A DNA stretch of 64,000 nucleotides, taken from contig CAMFDG010000005.1 of assembly GCA_945949045.1 (NCBI GenBank), positions 3,192 through 67,191 of the forward strand, given 5' to 3'. Under the pieces are notes generated by a model that worked only from the letters and a program-made list of their open reading frames with translations, was not told the origin of the DNA and did not search any database. Within the stretch, counting starts at the first letter, position 1. Each line of letters begins with the position of its first letter. This document shows positions 9,624 to 19,031 of this stretch, one piece after another. The translations under genes and the position numbers were made by a program. The stretch comes from an uncultured Lachnospiraceae bacterium (GTDB lineage: Bacteria; Bacillota; Clostridia; Lachnospirales; Lachnospiraceae).

Positions 9624-11177
9624 TTAAAGCAAAGGAGCGAACAATTTCAGGGCTCCCATGAACATACGTACCAGAAGGAACTTGTTCTGACATTCCTCCA
9701 GCGTCACCTCGTGACTCACCTCAAAGGTTTCCAGCATATCCTTTTTCACCTGCGCCACTGCCTGGGTCTTATACTGAAAGGTCCCACATTCAAAATGCAG
9801 ATACAGGCTCCGGTAATCAAGATTCACCGTGCCAACCGTTGCATACACATCATCCACCACAAAACACTTGGAATGGATAAAGCCGGGCTCGTATTTGTAT
9901 ATTTTCACACCACCCTGAATAAGATGGGCAAAATTTGCCTGGGTTAAAAGGTATACCAGCTTTTTATCCGGAATTCCCGGAACAACAATTCTGACATCCA
10001 CGCCGCATTTTGCTGCATTGATCAGAGCGGTCTTCATCTCTGAACCAATAATCAGATAGGGCGTAAAAATGTAGACATATTTTTTCGCATGCTCAATCAG
10101 CTGGAGATACACATTCTCCCCCACATCCTCATGATCCAGCGGCGAATCACTGTAAGGCTGAATAAACCCCTTCGGCTCTGATGTTTTCTCCGCAATCACT
10201 GCTTTCTCCGGAATGGAGGCACTGCGGTAAAAGGCATAGTCCGATTCCGTCCCCTTGATAAAATCCCACATTTCCAGGAACATACTGGTAAAATTCCAGA
10301 CACACTCCCCGGTCATACGGATTCCCGCATCCTTCCAGTATCCGAATTTCTGCTTCGCATTGATATATTCATCGGCGAGATTGAAGCCGCCGGTATACGC
10401 TGTTTTTCCATCGATCACGGTAATTTTCCGATGGTCACGGTTGTTCATGATAATAGAAAGAATCGGACGGAACGGATTGAATACCGCCGTATGAATCCCC
10501 TTTGCTTCCAAAGTAAGGTAGAATTTCGGCGGAAGCGTCTGAATACAGCCCACATCATCGTAAACCAGGCGGACATCCACACCGGCGGCAGCCTTTTCCT
10601 CCAGAATCTCAAGAATCGAATCAAACATTTTCCCCTGCTCGATGATAAAGTATTCCATAAAAATAAACTGCTTTGCTCCCCGCAGATCTGTAAGCAGCTG
10701 CTGGTACAGATCTTCGATCCGGCTGAAATACTGTGTGCTGTCTTCCCGGTAAAGTGGATAGCCTGCATTCACCGTCAAATAATGTGACTGCTGGCCCGCA
10801 TAGAAGTCATCCGCTTCCAGGGCCTGCTCTACCGACCGGTCTCCTGCCCGAAAGGTTTTGATCCGGTCGATCACTGCGGCCATCTTCAGCCGGGTCCGCT
10901 TCGTAAGTCCGGATCTGCCAAAGATAAAGTAAGCCGGACAGCCAAACAGCGGAAGAAACAGAATCAGAAAAATCCACGACATTTTGTAGGAGGTCCGCAT
11001 ATCCTTATTGGCCACATACAGGGCAAGTGCAACCGCGATGATCTGAAAAACGATATTCATAGCCGAATTCACCGTTGTCGCACTGTAGGTCAAATACACA
11101 AACCAGCCAAACTGCAGCGCAATAATCAAAATGCCGAGAAAAAGCTTACTGAATAATTTACTTAGAAATCGTTTCAT
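9624..11177 (-). CDS. cls: Cardiolipin synthase
   Basis: Two HKD motifs (HRKITVID, HSKCFVVD); N-terminal TM helices. Confidence 0.92.
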   Translation of the reverse strand: MKRFLSKLFSKLFLGILIIALQFGWFVYLTYSATTVNSAMNIVFQIIAVALALYVANKDMRTSYKMSWIFLILFLPLFGCPAYFIFGRSGLTKRTRLKMAAVIDRIKTFRAGDRSVEQALEADDFYAGQQSHYLTVNAGYPLYREDSTQYFSRIEDLYQQLLTDLRGAKQFIFMEYFIIEQGKMFDSILEILEEKAAAGVDVRLVYDDVGCIQTLPPKFYLTLEAKGIHTAVFNPFRPILSIIMNNRDHRKITVIDGKTAYTGGFNLADEYINAKQKFGYWKDAGIRMTGECVWNFTSMFLEMWDFIKGTESDYAFYRSASIPEKAVIAEKTSEPKGFIQPYSDSPLDHEDVGENVYLQLIEHAKKYVYIFTPYLIIGSEMKTALINAAKCGVDVRIVVPGIPDKKLVYLLTQANFAHLIQGGVKIYKYEPGFIHSKCFVVDDVYATVGTVNLDYRSLYLHFECGTFQYKTQAVAQVKKDMLETFEVSHEVTLEECQNKFLLVRMFMGALKLFAPLL

Positions 11178-11199
11178 AGAATCCCCTCCACAGGATATT

Positions 11200-12066
11200 T
11201 TATATCAAATCCATCAATTTATCAACCTGAAGGATTCCCCATGCGGATTTGCCGTTCTCCTGTCGTCCTGCAGATTCATACAATTTTACCTTCAGTTCCT
11301 CCGGACGAAGATGCGGATTCTTCTGCAGCGCCAGCGCCAGAGCACCACTGACCACCGGAGCCGCCATAGACGTACCGCTTTTTCTCACGTAATGATTCCC
11401 CCTGTGATCCAGACTGACAATATCCGTTCCCGGCGCAAGGATTTCCGGTTTCATCACGCAGCATTCCGTCGGTCCCTGCCCGCTGTAGCTTTTGGGCAGC
11501 CCCACGTTCCCCGTGGTATCATCGCTTGCCCCTACCGTAATTACCTTTCGGGAAATTCCGGGCACAGTAATGCTCCCCTTCCCCGGGCCATTGTTTCCCG
11601 CCGCAGTCACCACCGTGACATTTTCATCCCACAGTCTCTCCAATCCTTCCACGATCTGCTTCTGTTCACTTCCTTTGGAGCCCGGAAGGAATCCGATAGA
11701 AAAATTCAGAATACGAATCTGATAGCGCTCTCTGTTTGAAAGCACCCAGTCCAGTGCCTGAAGGACCCGGTTCGTGTTTCCGCCGCCATCCTTCTCCAGA
11801 ACCTTCAGCACCACAAGCTTTGCCTGAGGCGCTATTCCCTTCTGTTTTCCATTGCCGGCGATGATTCCGGCCACATGAGTGCCATGACCATTATCGTCAT
11901 AGCTCAAACGCCGGCCACCAACAAAATCTTTAAAATAGACCACATTGCTGCGGATATCCCTATGCAAAAAGACTCCTGTATCCAATACGGCGATTCTTAT
12001 ATTTTTCCCGGAGTATCCCTGTCTGTATACTCTCTCTGCCTGTATCAGGTGTTTCACACGATCCAT
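11200..12066 (-). CDS. S8 subtilisin-family serine peptidase, catalytic domain only
   Basis: Triad motifs VLDTG, HGTHVAG, SGTSMAAP. Confidence 0.9.
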   Translation of the reverse strand: MDRVKHLIQAERVYRQGYSGKNIRIAVLDTGVFLHRDIRSNVVYFKDFVGGRRLSYDDNGHGTHVAGIIAGNGKQKGIAPQAKLVVLKVLEKDGGGNTNRVLQALDWVLSNRERYQIRILNFSIGFLPGSKGSEQKQIVEGLERLWDENVTVVTAAGNNGPGKGSITVPGISRKVITVGASDDTTGNVGLPKSYSGQGPTECCVMKPEILAPGTDIVSLDHRGNHYVRKSGTSMAAPVVSGALALALQKNPHLRPEELKVKLYESAGRQENGKSAWGILQVDKLMDLI

Positions 12067-12149
12067 TTTTTTACCTGCCAGTTCTTTTCATCATTCCCTG
12101 TAATCTATTATATGTAGCAGACGCACGCCGGACACAGGCCAAAATATCG

Positions 12150-12191
12150 AAAAAAAACAGCACGCTTCCCCAACCGGGGAAACGTGCCGTT
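12150..12191 (-). terminator. Terminator after pnp
   Basis: GC-rich imperfect stem (GCACG.TTCCCC / GGGGAA.CGTGC) plus U-tract. Confidence 0.7.
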
Positions 12192-12209
12192 ATTTATTTC
12201 GTTAGGATA

Positions 12210-14303
12210 CTATGCGTTCGCAGGGACATCCTTGATGGAGAAGCTGATTCTTCCCATCTTATCCTTGCCCAGGCAGACAACCTTCACCTTGTCCCCAAGA
12301 GTCAGGACATCCTCTACATGGTTGATTCTCTCCTTAGCAATCTTGGAGATATGAACCATACCCTCCTTACCCGGTGCGAACTCGATAAATGCGCCAAATT
12401 CCTTAATGCTGACAACCGTTCCGGAATAAACCTTACCCTCCTCGAACTCTGTCACAATCATCTGGATCATATCGACGGCTTTCGCGATGGCATCCTTATC
12501 CGTACCGCATACGGAAACAGCTCCATCGTCTGTAATGTCGATCTTCACGCCGGTACGGGCAATAATCTCGTTAATTGTCTTGCCCTTCTGTCCAACCACA
12601 TCACCGATCTTGTTCGGATCAATGGTGATCTGCTCAATCTTTGGAGCCCATTCATTTACTTCTTTCCGAGGCTCTGCGATTGCCTTGCTCATCACCTCGT
12701 CCATAATATAAACTCTGGCCTCTCTTGCGCGGGAGATTGCCTCCTCAACGATTGGACGGGTCAGACCGTGAATCTTAATATCCATCTGGATTGCGGTAAT
12801 TCCCTCATGAGTTCCGGTCACCTTGAAATCCATGTCACCAAAGAAATCCTCCAGGCCCTGAATATCGGTAAGAACCAGATAATCGTCATCCGTGTCTCCG
12901 GTAACCAGACCGCAGGAAATACCTGCAACCATCTTCTTAATCGGAACACCGGCAGCCATCAGTGACATACAGGATGCACAGGTGGAAGCCATAGAGGTGG
13001 ATCCGTTGGACTCAAAGGTCTCGGATACGGCGCGGATTGCATACGGGAATTCCTCCACAGAGGGAAGTACCGGAACCAATGCTCTCTCAGCCAGCGCACC
13101 ATGACCGATCTCACGGCGTCCCGGCCCACGGCTCGGCTTAGTCTCTCCTACAGAATAGGAAGGGAAATTGTACTGGTGCATGTATCTCTTTGTGGTAATA
13201 TTCTCATCCAGTCCGTCAATCTTCTGAACCTCGGAAAGAGGTGCAAGTGTAACCACATCGCAGATCTGTGTCTGTCCACGGGTAAACATGGCCGAACCAT
13301 GCACACGGGGAATCAGATCAACCTCCGCTGCCAGTGGACGGATCTGATCAATGGCACGGCCATCCGGGCGCTTGTGATCCTTTAAGATCATCTTGCGGAC
13401 GGTCTTCTTCTGATACTGGTAAACAGCCTCATCCAATACTGCCAGCCACTCTTCATTCTCCGCAAAGGCCTCAGCAAATTTATCCGTGATCTCGCGGATA
13501 TTTTCCTCTCTCTGCTGCTTCTCATCGGTAAATACAGCCTCTTCCATCTGCTCCGGTGTCACGATTTCGCGCATTGCAGCAAACATTTCCTCCGGAATCG
13601 CACAGCTGGTATACTCGTGCTTCGGCTTACCCACCTCTTCACGAATCTTATTGATAAAAGCAATAATGGTCTGGTTGACATCGTGACACCTGTAAATTGC
13701 CTCAATCATCTTTGCTTCCGGAATCTCATTGGCACCGGCCTCAATCATAATCACCTTGGAAGCGGTGGAGGCAACGGTAAGTTTAAGATCTCCCTCATCC
13801 CAATCCTTCTGGGACGGATTCACGATAAACTCACCATTCTTCATACCCATCTGTGTCATGGCACAGGGGCCGTCGAAGGGAATATCTGAAATTGTGGTGG
13901 CCAATGCAGCTCCGATCATGGCAACCAGTTCCGGACGACACTCCGGATCCACAGACATAACCATATTATTTAATGTTACATCATTGCGGTAATCCTTTGG
14001 GAAAAGCGGTCTCATCGGACGGTCAATCACACGTGCGGTAAGAATGGAATTCTCAGAAGCCTTACCCTCACGCTTATTAAAGCCGCCGGGGATTTTTCCT
14101 ACGGAATACATTTTCTCCTCGAACTCAACACTGAGCGGGAAGAAATCGATGCCGTCTCTCGGCTTATCGGATGCTGTTGCAGTAGATAAAACTGTTGTAT
14201 CGCCGTATTTTAACAGTGCAGCGCCATTGGCCTGTGCACAAACTCTGCCGATATCAACGGTAAGAGTTCTTCCGGCAAGTTCCATTGAATAACTTTTGTA
14301 CAT
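12210..14303 (-). CDS. pnp: Polyribonucleotide nucleotidyltransferase (PNPase)
   Basis: DFFPLSV, RREIGHGALAERAL, GDMDFKV, KH and S1 domains; follows rpsO. Confidence 0.97.
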   Translation of the reverse strand: MYKSYSMELAGRTLTVDIGRVCAQANGAALLKYGDTTVLSTATASDKPRDGIDFFPLSVEFEEKMYSVGKIPGGFNKREGKASENSILTARVIDRPMRPLFPKDYRNDVTLNNMVMSVDPECRPELVAMIGAALATTISDIPFDGPCAMTQMGMKNGEFIVNPSQKDWDEGDLKLTVASTASKVIMIEAGANEIPEAKMIEAIYRCHDVNQTIIAFINKIREEVGKPKHEYTSCAIPEEMFAAMREIVTPEQMEEAVFTDEKQQREENIREITDKFAEAFAENEEWLAVLDEAVYQYQKKTVRKMILKDHKRPDGRAIDQIRPLAAEVDLIPRVHGSAMFTRGQTQICDVVTLAPLSEVQKIDGLDENITTKRYMHQYNFPSYSVGETKPSRGPGRREIGHGALAERALVPVLPSVEEFPYAIRAVSETFESNGSTSMASTCASCMSLMAAGVPIKKMVAGISCGLVTGDTDDDYLVLTDIQGLEDFFGDMDFKVTGTHEGITAIQMDIKIHGLTRPIVEEAISRAREARVYIMDEVMSKAIAEPRKEVNEWAPKIEQITIDPNKIGDVVGQKGKTINEIIARTGVKIDITDDGAVSVCGTDKDAIAKAVDMIQMIVTEFEEGKVYSGTVVSIKEFGAFIEFAPGKEGMVHISKIAKERINHVEDVLTLGDKVKVVCLGKDKMGRISFSIKDVPANA

Positions 14304-14330
14304 ACTCTTTCTCCTTATTACGAATGAAAC

Positions 14331-14362
14331 AAAAAGAAGAGCGGAATATAAAACTCCGCTCT
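14331..14362 (-). terminator. Terminator after rpsO
   Basis: AGAGCGGA / TCCGCTCT stem plus U-rich tail. Confidence 0.65.
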
Positions 14363-14371
14363 CATCTGCAA

Positions 14372-14638
14372 TTATTTTCTGAGACCTAAACGCTCAATCA
14401 GGGAACGATATCTCTCAATATCTACAGACTTCAGATAAGATAATAATCCTCTTCTTCTACCGATCATCTTAAGCATTCCTCTTCTGGAATGATGATCCTT
14501 CGGGTTAACCTTCAGATGGTCTGTAAGCTCCTGAATTCTCGCGGTAAGAACTGCAATCTGAACCTCCGGTGAACCGGTGTCGTTCGGTGTTCTTCCATAC
14601 TCTGCGATAATTGCCTGCTTCTTTTCTTTTGCGATCAT
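14372..14638 (-). CDS. rpsO: 30S ribosomal protein S15
   Basis: [30 protein letters not shown]. Confidence 0.98.
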   Translation of the reverse strand: MIAKEKKQAIIAEYGRTPNDTGSPEVQIAVLTARIQELTDHLKVNPKDHHSRRGMLKMIGRRRGLLSYLKSVDIERYRSLIERLGLRK

Positions 14639-14666
14639 GATGTGATCCTCCTTAAATAATTAATAT

Positions 14667-14715
14667 GCCACGTAATCAGTGAAAGGTCGGAGTGTCCATC
14701 CACCGAATACGGGTG
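14667..14715 (-). ncRNA. Probable S15 autoregulatory leader
   Basis: 5' UTR stem CGUAUUCGGUGGA / UUCACUGAUUACG enclosing GGACACUCCGACC, between promoter TTTACA-N17-TATATT and the RBS; S15 leaders are established in Firmicutes. Confidence 0.55.
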
Positions 14716-14770
14716 AAATCATACTGATTAAATATACCATAGCTTTCTGTGATTGTAAACAGTATTTTTC

Positions 14771-14808
14771 AAAAAAGAAAGCTTCCATCACAGTCTGATG
14801 AAAGCTTC
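14771..14808 (-). terminator. Terminator after the tRNA
   Basis: GAAGCTTTCATCA / TGATGGAAGCTTTC stem then TTTTTT. Confidence 0.75.
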
Positions 14809-14810
14809 AG

Positions 14811-14882
14811 CAGTCCGTACGGGAATCGAACCCGTGTTTCCGCCGTGAGAGGGCGGCGTCTTAACCGCTTGACCAACGAACC
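14811..14882 (-). tRNA. tRNA-Glu(CTC)
   Basis: GGTTCGTTGGTCAAGCGGTTAAGACGCCGCCCTCTCACGGCGGAAACACGGGTTCGATTCCCGTACGGACTG; anticodon stem CCGCC/GGCGG, loop CT-CTC-AC; CCA not encoded; own promoter TTGCAA-N17-TAAAGT. Confidence 0.95.
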
Positions 14883-14953
14883 GTTTATTACTTTACCATA
14901 GAGTTTTCGTGATTGCAAGTACTTTTTTATATTTTTTTAAAAATCATTCGTAA

Positions 14954-15799
14954 CTATTCAATAAACAGCACTCCAAGGGTTCCCGGCCCACAATGAGAGG
15001 AAATCACGCCTCCCGCTCTTGTCACAAGGATCTCATCAAAATGACCAAGACTCTCCAGATACTCCCGCACCTGGCCAATGAGCTGTTCCTCACAGCCGGA
15101 ATGCGTGATAAACACACGATCCTTTTTGGCGTTCATAAGCTCCTCTTCCATCTCCTTCACATAGTTCATCACCACATGATCGATTTTCCCACGGTATTTC
15201 TGACCGGGGATCATTTTCCCATCCACTACACTGATTCTGGGATGGAGCTTTAATGCTCCACCTGCCAGCGCTGCCAGACCGCCACAGCGGCCGCCCCGAT
15301 ACAGATATACCAGCGTATCTACCACAAAGCTTGCCCGCACCCTCGGTTTCAGCTGCTCGATCTGCTCCACAATCGTTTCCGCAGATGCCCCGCTCCGCGC
15401 CAGGATCGCCGCTTCGATCACCAAATGACCGATACCGGTTGACAGGTTTGCCGAATCAATGACGTGCACACGATCCGATGCATCCAGCTCCTGCGCCGCA
15501 AGCCGCATGACATTGGCCGTCGTGGACATATCCCCGGAAATGGCAAACACCACAAGTTCCATTCCCTGTGCAAGATATTTCCGAAACATCTCAATCGCAG
15601 CATCCATACCCACAGCCGAGGTCTTTGGCGTCGTTTTGTGTTCATCCGACCATGTATAGATTTCATCCGGTGTAATATTTACACCGTCCTGGTATTCCTG
15701 CTCCCCCAGCATAATGTTCAGCGGAAGCTTTTCCACACTATATTTTTCATACAATTCCTTTGACAGATCACAAGTACTGTCTGCTATTATCTTAACCAT
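14954..15799 (-). CDS. DegV family fatty-acid-binding protein
   Basis: IIADSTCDL, PKTSA, IDSANLS, LYRGGR, ISSHCGPG. Confidence 0.92.
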   Translation of the reverse strand: MVKIIADSTCDLSKELYEKYSVEKLPLNIMLGEQEYQDGVNITPDEIYTWSDEHKTTPKTSAVGMDAAIEMFRKYLAQGMELVVFAISGDMSTTANVMRLAAQELDASDRVHVIDSANLSTGIGHLVIEAAILARSGASAETIVEQIEQLKPRVRASFVVDTLVYLYRGGRCGGLAALAGGALKLHPRISVVDGKMIPGQKYRGKIDHVVMNYVKEMEEELMNAKKDRVFITHSGCEEQLIGQVREYLESLGHFDEILVTRAGGVISSHCGPGTLGVLFIE

Positions 15800-16782
15800 T
15801 ATCGCACCTCATGTTCCGTAGGAAGATTCTGTACAAAAGCCTGAAAACTCTCAAAACAGCCCTTCACCATATCGTCAACATCCTCCATGGTATAAAATGC
15901 CGTGTGGGGACTTAAAATTACATTGGGATAAGATCGAAGAATCGAAAGATACGGATTCGAAATCACCTCTCCCGTACGGTCATAGTAGTACAGACCATCC
16001 TCGTGTTCCAACACATCCAGGGCGGCTCCGCCCACCTGACCATCCTCCAGGGCATGAACCAGCGCCTCTGTATCGATCAGCTTTCCTCTTGCCGTATTGA
16101 CAATAATAACACCCTTTTTCATCTTAGAAAAGGCCTGTTCATTCAGAAGATGATAATTGGAATCATTGGCATTGGTATGCAGCGTAATGATATCTGCTTC
16201 TGCAAACAGCTGATCAAGGGATACATATTCCGCTATCTCCTGAACCGACGGATTCTGATGCAGATCGTATGCAAGAATACGACAGCCAAAGGAGGATAAA
16301 TGCCTGATGACCGTTGCTCCAATTTTACCGGTTCCAATGACACCGATCGTACAGTTGGAAATGTCTCTGCCGATCTTTCCCTTCAGAGAATAATTCTGCA
16401 TACCGGCCATACGCAGAATCAGCTCTGCTTTTCTGCATGCCATCATCATAAGCATAATCGCATAATTTGCAACGCCGGAGGGTGGATAAGTCACATTGGA
16501 CACCCGCATACCAAGCTCCTTCGCTTTCTGCAGATCCACATGATCGTAGCCAATGGAGCGGCACAAAATATAGCGGACGCCACGCTTATGGAATTCCTCC
16601 AGTACAGGAGCGGAAAAGTCGCAGGGAGTCATGCTGATTCCCTCGCATCCTGCCGCAAGATCATAATTGTCCGCATTGGGATACTCTGCTGTGTATCCGA
16701 AATCGATCCCCATCGACTGCGAATATTTTTTACAAAAATCCAATTCATCATACTCTCTTAGTGAATAAAAAAATATTTTCAA
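15799..16782 (-). CDS. D-lactate / D-2-hydroxyacid dehydrogenase
   Basis: RSIGYDHVD, GVIGTGKIG, VNTARG, ALDVLE, SPHTAFYT; start reassigned to TTG 16782 behind GGAGG; promoter TTGACA-N16-TAGAAT at 16806-16833. Confidence 0.88.
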   Translation of the reverse strand: MKIFFYSLREYDELDFCKKYSQSMGIDFGYTAEYPNADNYDLAAGCEGISMTPCDFSAPVLEEFHKRGVRYILCRSIGYDHVDLQKAKELGMRVSNVTYPPSGVANYAIMLMMMACRKAELILRMAGMQNYSLKGKIGRDISNCTIGVIGTGKIGATVIRHLSSFGCRILAYDLHQNPSVQEIAEYVSLDQLFAEADIITLHTNANDSNYHLLNEQAFSKMKKGVIIVNTARGKLIDTEALVHALEDGQVGGAALDVLEHEDGLYYYDRTGEVISNPYLSILRSYPNVILSPHTAFYTMEDVDDMVKGCFESFQAFVQNLPTEHEVR

Positions 16783-16912
16783 TTTCAACACCTCCACCAA
16801 AGGATATTCTATACCTATGGTGACGAATGTCAAGGTGGTAACTGTTTTGTTATGCTGAAGTTTATCGGGCTGACGCACTTCGGGCTTCATTGGCTTGGGG
16901 CAGACTGGCTTC

Positions 16913-17775
16913 GGGACATATACATAAATTTCTTCTCCCTATGTCAGCGTTTGCAAACATTTTTCTTGAAAATCCGTGGGTGAGGACATATATAACAAAA
17001 TATATGCATCATGTCCCGTTTTTCCCGAAAAGCAAGATATACGTAACCTAAAAATAGTGTAATTGGGCGTGAGAACAAATGACAAACTCTCCACGCCCAC
17101 AGTTTCATCGTTTTACGGGATGTGACTTTCATATTATTTCTCTCCATGCCCAAAACATCATATTTTGATATGTCCAAATCGTTTTATGAAAAGTCAGTCC
17201 AAGAGGAATCTAAATATCGGCATATGTCCCACATGGGCAAAAGGAAACAATTTTTCCCTATGCGCCCATAAAAAATAGGAAAATTCCTGATTCAGCTATA
17301 AAAATGGGCGCTGGAGAACTTTTATTCTCTATACGCCCAGAATCTGGCTTCCACACATGAATTCTACGAAAATAATGGGCGCATGGAGAAAAAGAGCCTC
17401 CAATCGCCCATAATCCACAGCCATCGCTTAACACTATAACTGACCCATGGATCTCCATAGTTAACCGTTTCAAGTGTCTCTTGGTATTCTGAGAAACTGA
17501 TTAGTCATACTTTTTAGTTATTAAGTAATGCTTTGGGCATATATATGAAAAATCAAAATGTGCTGCCCATTTTGTTCTCACTTCTCGTCTGAAATTTGAT
17601 ACTTTGGGCGTGGAAACTAATAATTTGATTTTTACATCCCGCCAGATGCCTAAAGTGTGGGCGTGGAGAGTAAGCAGTTTGAGTATATGCCCAATTGTGC
17701 TTTTTTAAGATGTTCTAAGTTTGGAAATTGGGATGTAGGAAACAAATTTTTTCTCATATGTCCAATTAGGGAAAG
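16913..17775. repeat. Array of 35-37 bp imperfect palindromic units (REP/BIME-like)
   Basis: Units at 16913-16947, 16983-17017, 17064-17099, 17116-17152, 17234-17268, 17305-17339, 17376-17410, 17534-17569, 17605-17641, 17658-17693, 17729-17764; ends TGGRCR..YGYCCA. Confidence 0.85.
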
Positions 17776-17836
17776 AAATCCGGTTTTGGGAATGTATGAG
17801 GAGAGGGCTGAACAGGTACGATTAAATTCAACACAC

Positions 17837-17870
17837 AAAAAAGGCTACTGTTTTTAGCAGTAGCCCTTTT
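17837..17870. terminator. Terminator after cotJC, possibly bidirectional
   Basis: GGCTACTG / CAGTAGCC stem flanked by A- and T-tracts. Confidence 0.75.
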
Positions 17871-17879
17871 ACATGTGAT

Positions 17880-18485
17880 TTAGTTTTTGAAACAGTCAAA
17901 ATCCGGGTTAAAGGCATAGAAATTCTTGCTGTCCAGTTCCTCCTGTACCATGCGAAGAGCCTCGCCGAACCGCTGGAAATGTATGATTTCCCGTTCTCTA
18001 AGGAAGCGGATCGGATCAGCAACCTCCGGATCCTTTACCACCCGAAGAATGTTGTCATAGGTTTTTCTCGCCTTCTGTTCAGCGGCCAGATCCTCCACCA
18101 GATCAGCAATGGCATCGCCGCTGGACTGGAATTCACAGGCATTAAAGGGAATTCCTCCTGCTGCCTGGGGCCATACGCCGGCGGTGTGATCGATATAGTA
18201 TGGAGTAAAGCCGGCTTTCTCCAGTTCCTGAGCGTTCAGACCCTTGGTGAGCTGCCGGACGATGGCACCGATCATTTCCAGGTGAGCAAGTTCTTCCGTC
18301 CCGATATCAGTGAGTAGTCCTGCTACCCGCGGGTTTGCTGCGGAAAAGCGCTGGGAGAGATACCGCATGGATGCAGAGAGCTCGCCATCCGGGCCACCGT
18401 ATTGGCTGATGATATAGGAAGCCAGCTTTGCGTTCGGTGTCGAAATAGAAATCGGATACTGTAACCTTTTTTCATAACTCCACAT
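17880..18485 (-). CDS. cotJC: Spore coat protein CotJC (Mn-catalase family)
   Basis: MWSYEKRLQYP, QYGGPDGEL, DIGTEELAHLEM, REIIHFQRFGE. Confidence 0.93.
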   Translation of the reverse strand: MWSYEKRLQYPISISTPNAKLASYIISQYGGPDGELSASMRYLSQRFSAANPRVAGLLTDIGTEELAHLEMIGAIVRQLTKGLNAQELEKAGFTPYYIDHTAGVWPQAAGGIPFNACEFQSSGDAIADLVEDLAAEQKARKTYDNILRVVKDPEVADPIRFLREREIIHFQRFGEALRMVQEELDSKNFYAFNPDFDCFKN

Positions 18486-18488
18486 AGA

Positions 18489-18764
18489 CTATCTTCCTCC
18501 TTCCCATGGCATACGTCCGCTGTTCCAGTCCCAGGAGTTTAAAGGCTGCCCCGGAAGCATGGTCAGTGGTTCAAACTGTTCCTCGTAGGTATCCTTGGCG
18601 GAATGATAGAGTTCATTGCACTGATTAAAATAGTTAAGTGCTTCCGCATCGTCCGGATGGGTATCCAGATAGAGCGCCATATCCAGAGCACAGAATCCCA
18701 GCATCATAATCCATTCGTAAAGCTCCTTACGGTTCATCTGGGGTGGACGGTTTGGCCTCATCAT
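18489..18764 (-). CDS. cotJB: Spore coat protein CotJB
   Basis: ALYLDTHPDD, EPLT, WDW..MPWEG; start at ATG 18764 (GGAGG RBS, ATGA overlap with cotJA). Confidence 0.88.
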   Translation of the reverse strand: MMRPNRPPQMNRKELYEWIMMLGFCALDMALYLDTHPDDAEALNYFNQCNELYHSAKDTYEEQFEPLTMLPGQPLNSWDWNSGRMPWEGGR

Positions 18765-18958
18765 CGAATTCTCCCTCCGTTTCGCATCATACAGTTGCCG
18801 GTAAAAGGCTTGTCGAGTTCCGGAAAAATAGTTCCGGACTTCAACGCCTGTCTTGGATCGTAAGTCTTCCCGAAGGTCTGCCACGGAACATAGGCCATGC
18901 CGGGAACCTGCCAGAGACATTCCTTCCTTTGCATCATGTTTGGAGTCTGATCCATCAT
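18761..18958 (-). CDS. cotJA: Spore coat associated protein CotJA
   Basis: MAYVPWQ...ALKSGTIFPELDKPF signature; start at 18958 or 18976. Confidence 0.85.
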   Translation of the reverse strand: MMDQTPNMMQRKECLWQVPGMAYVPWQTFGKTYDPRQALKSGTIFPELDKPFTGNCMMRNGGRIR

Positions 18959-19031
18959 ATTTGATTTTCCTTTCATAGCTGCGTATGCTATATGATATGA
19001 AAATATGCGTGGAATGTGAAAATATATATTA

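Noticed and set aside
14811-14882. tRNA as an integration site for an island
   Set aside because: No duplicated 3' end, integrase or foreign genes; its terminator and rpsO follow directly
16913-17775. Calling the array a CRISPR
   Set aside because: Units share only terminal bases, occur in both orientations, linkers are conserved between dispersed copies, and no cas genes are present
16944-17857. Short ORFs of 62-77 aa across the repeat region (and 33502-33702)
   Set aside because: No convincing RBS or motifs; frames are not preserved between copies
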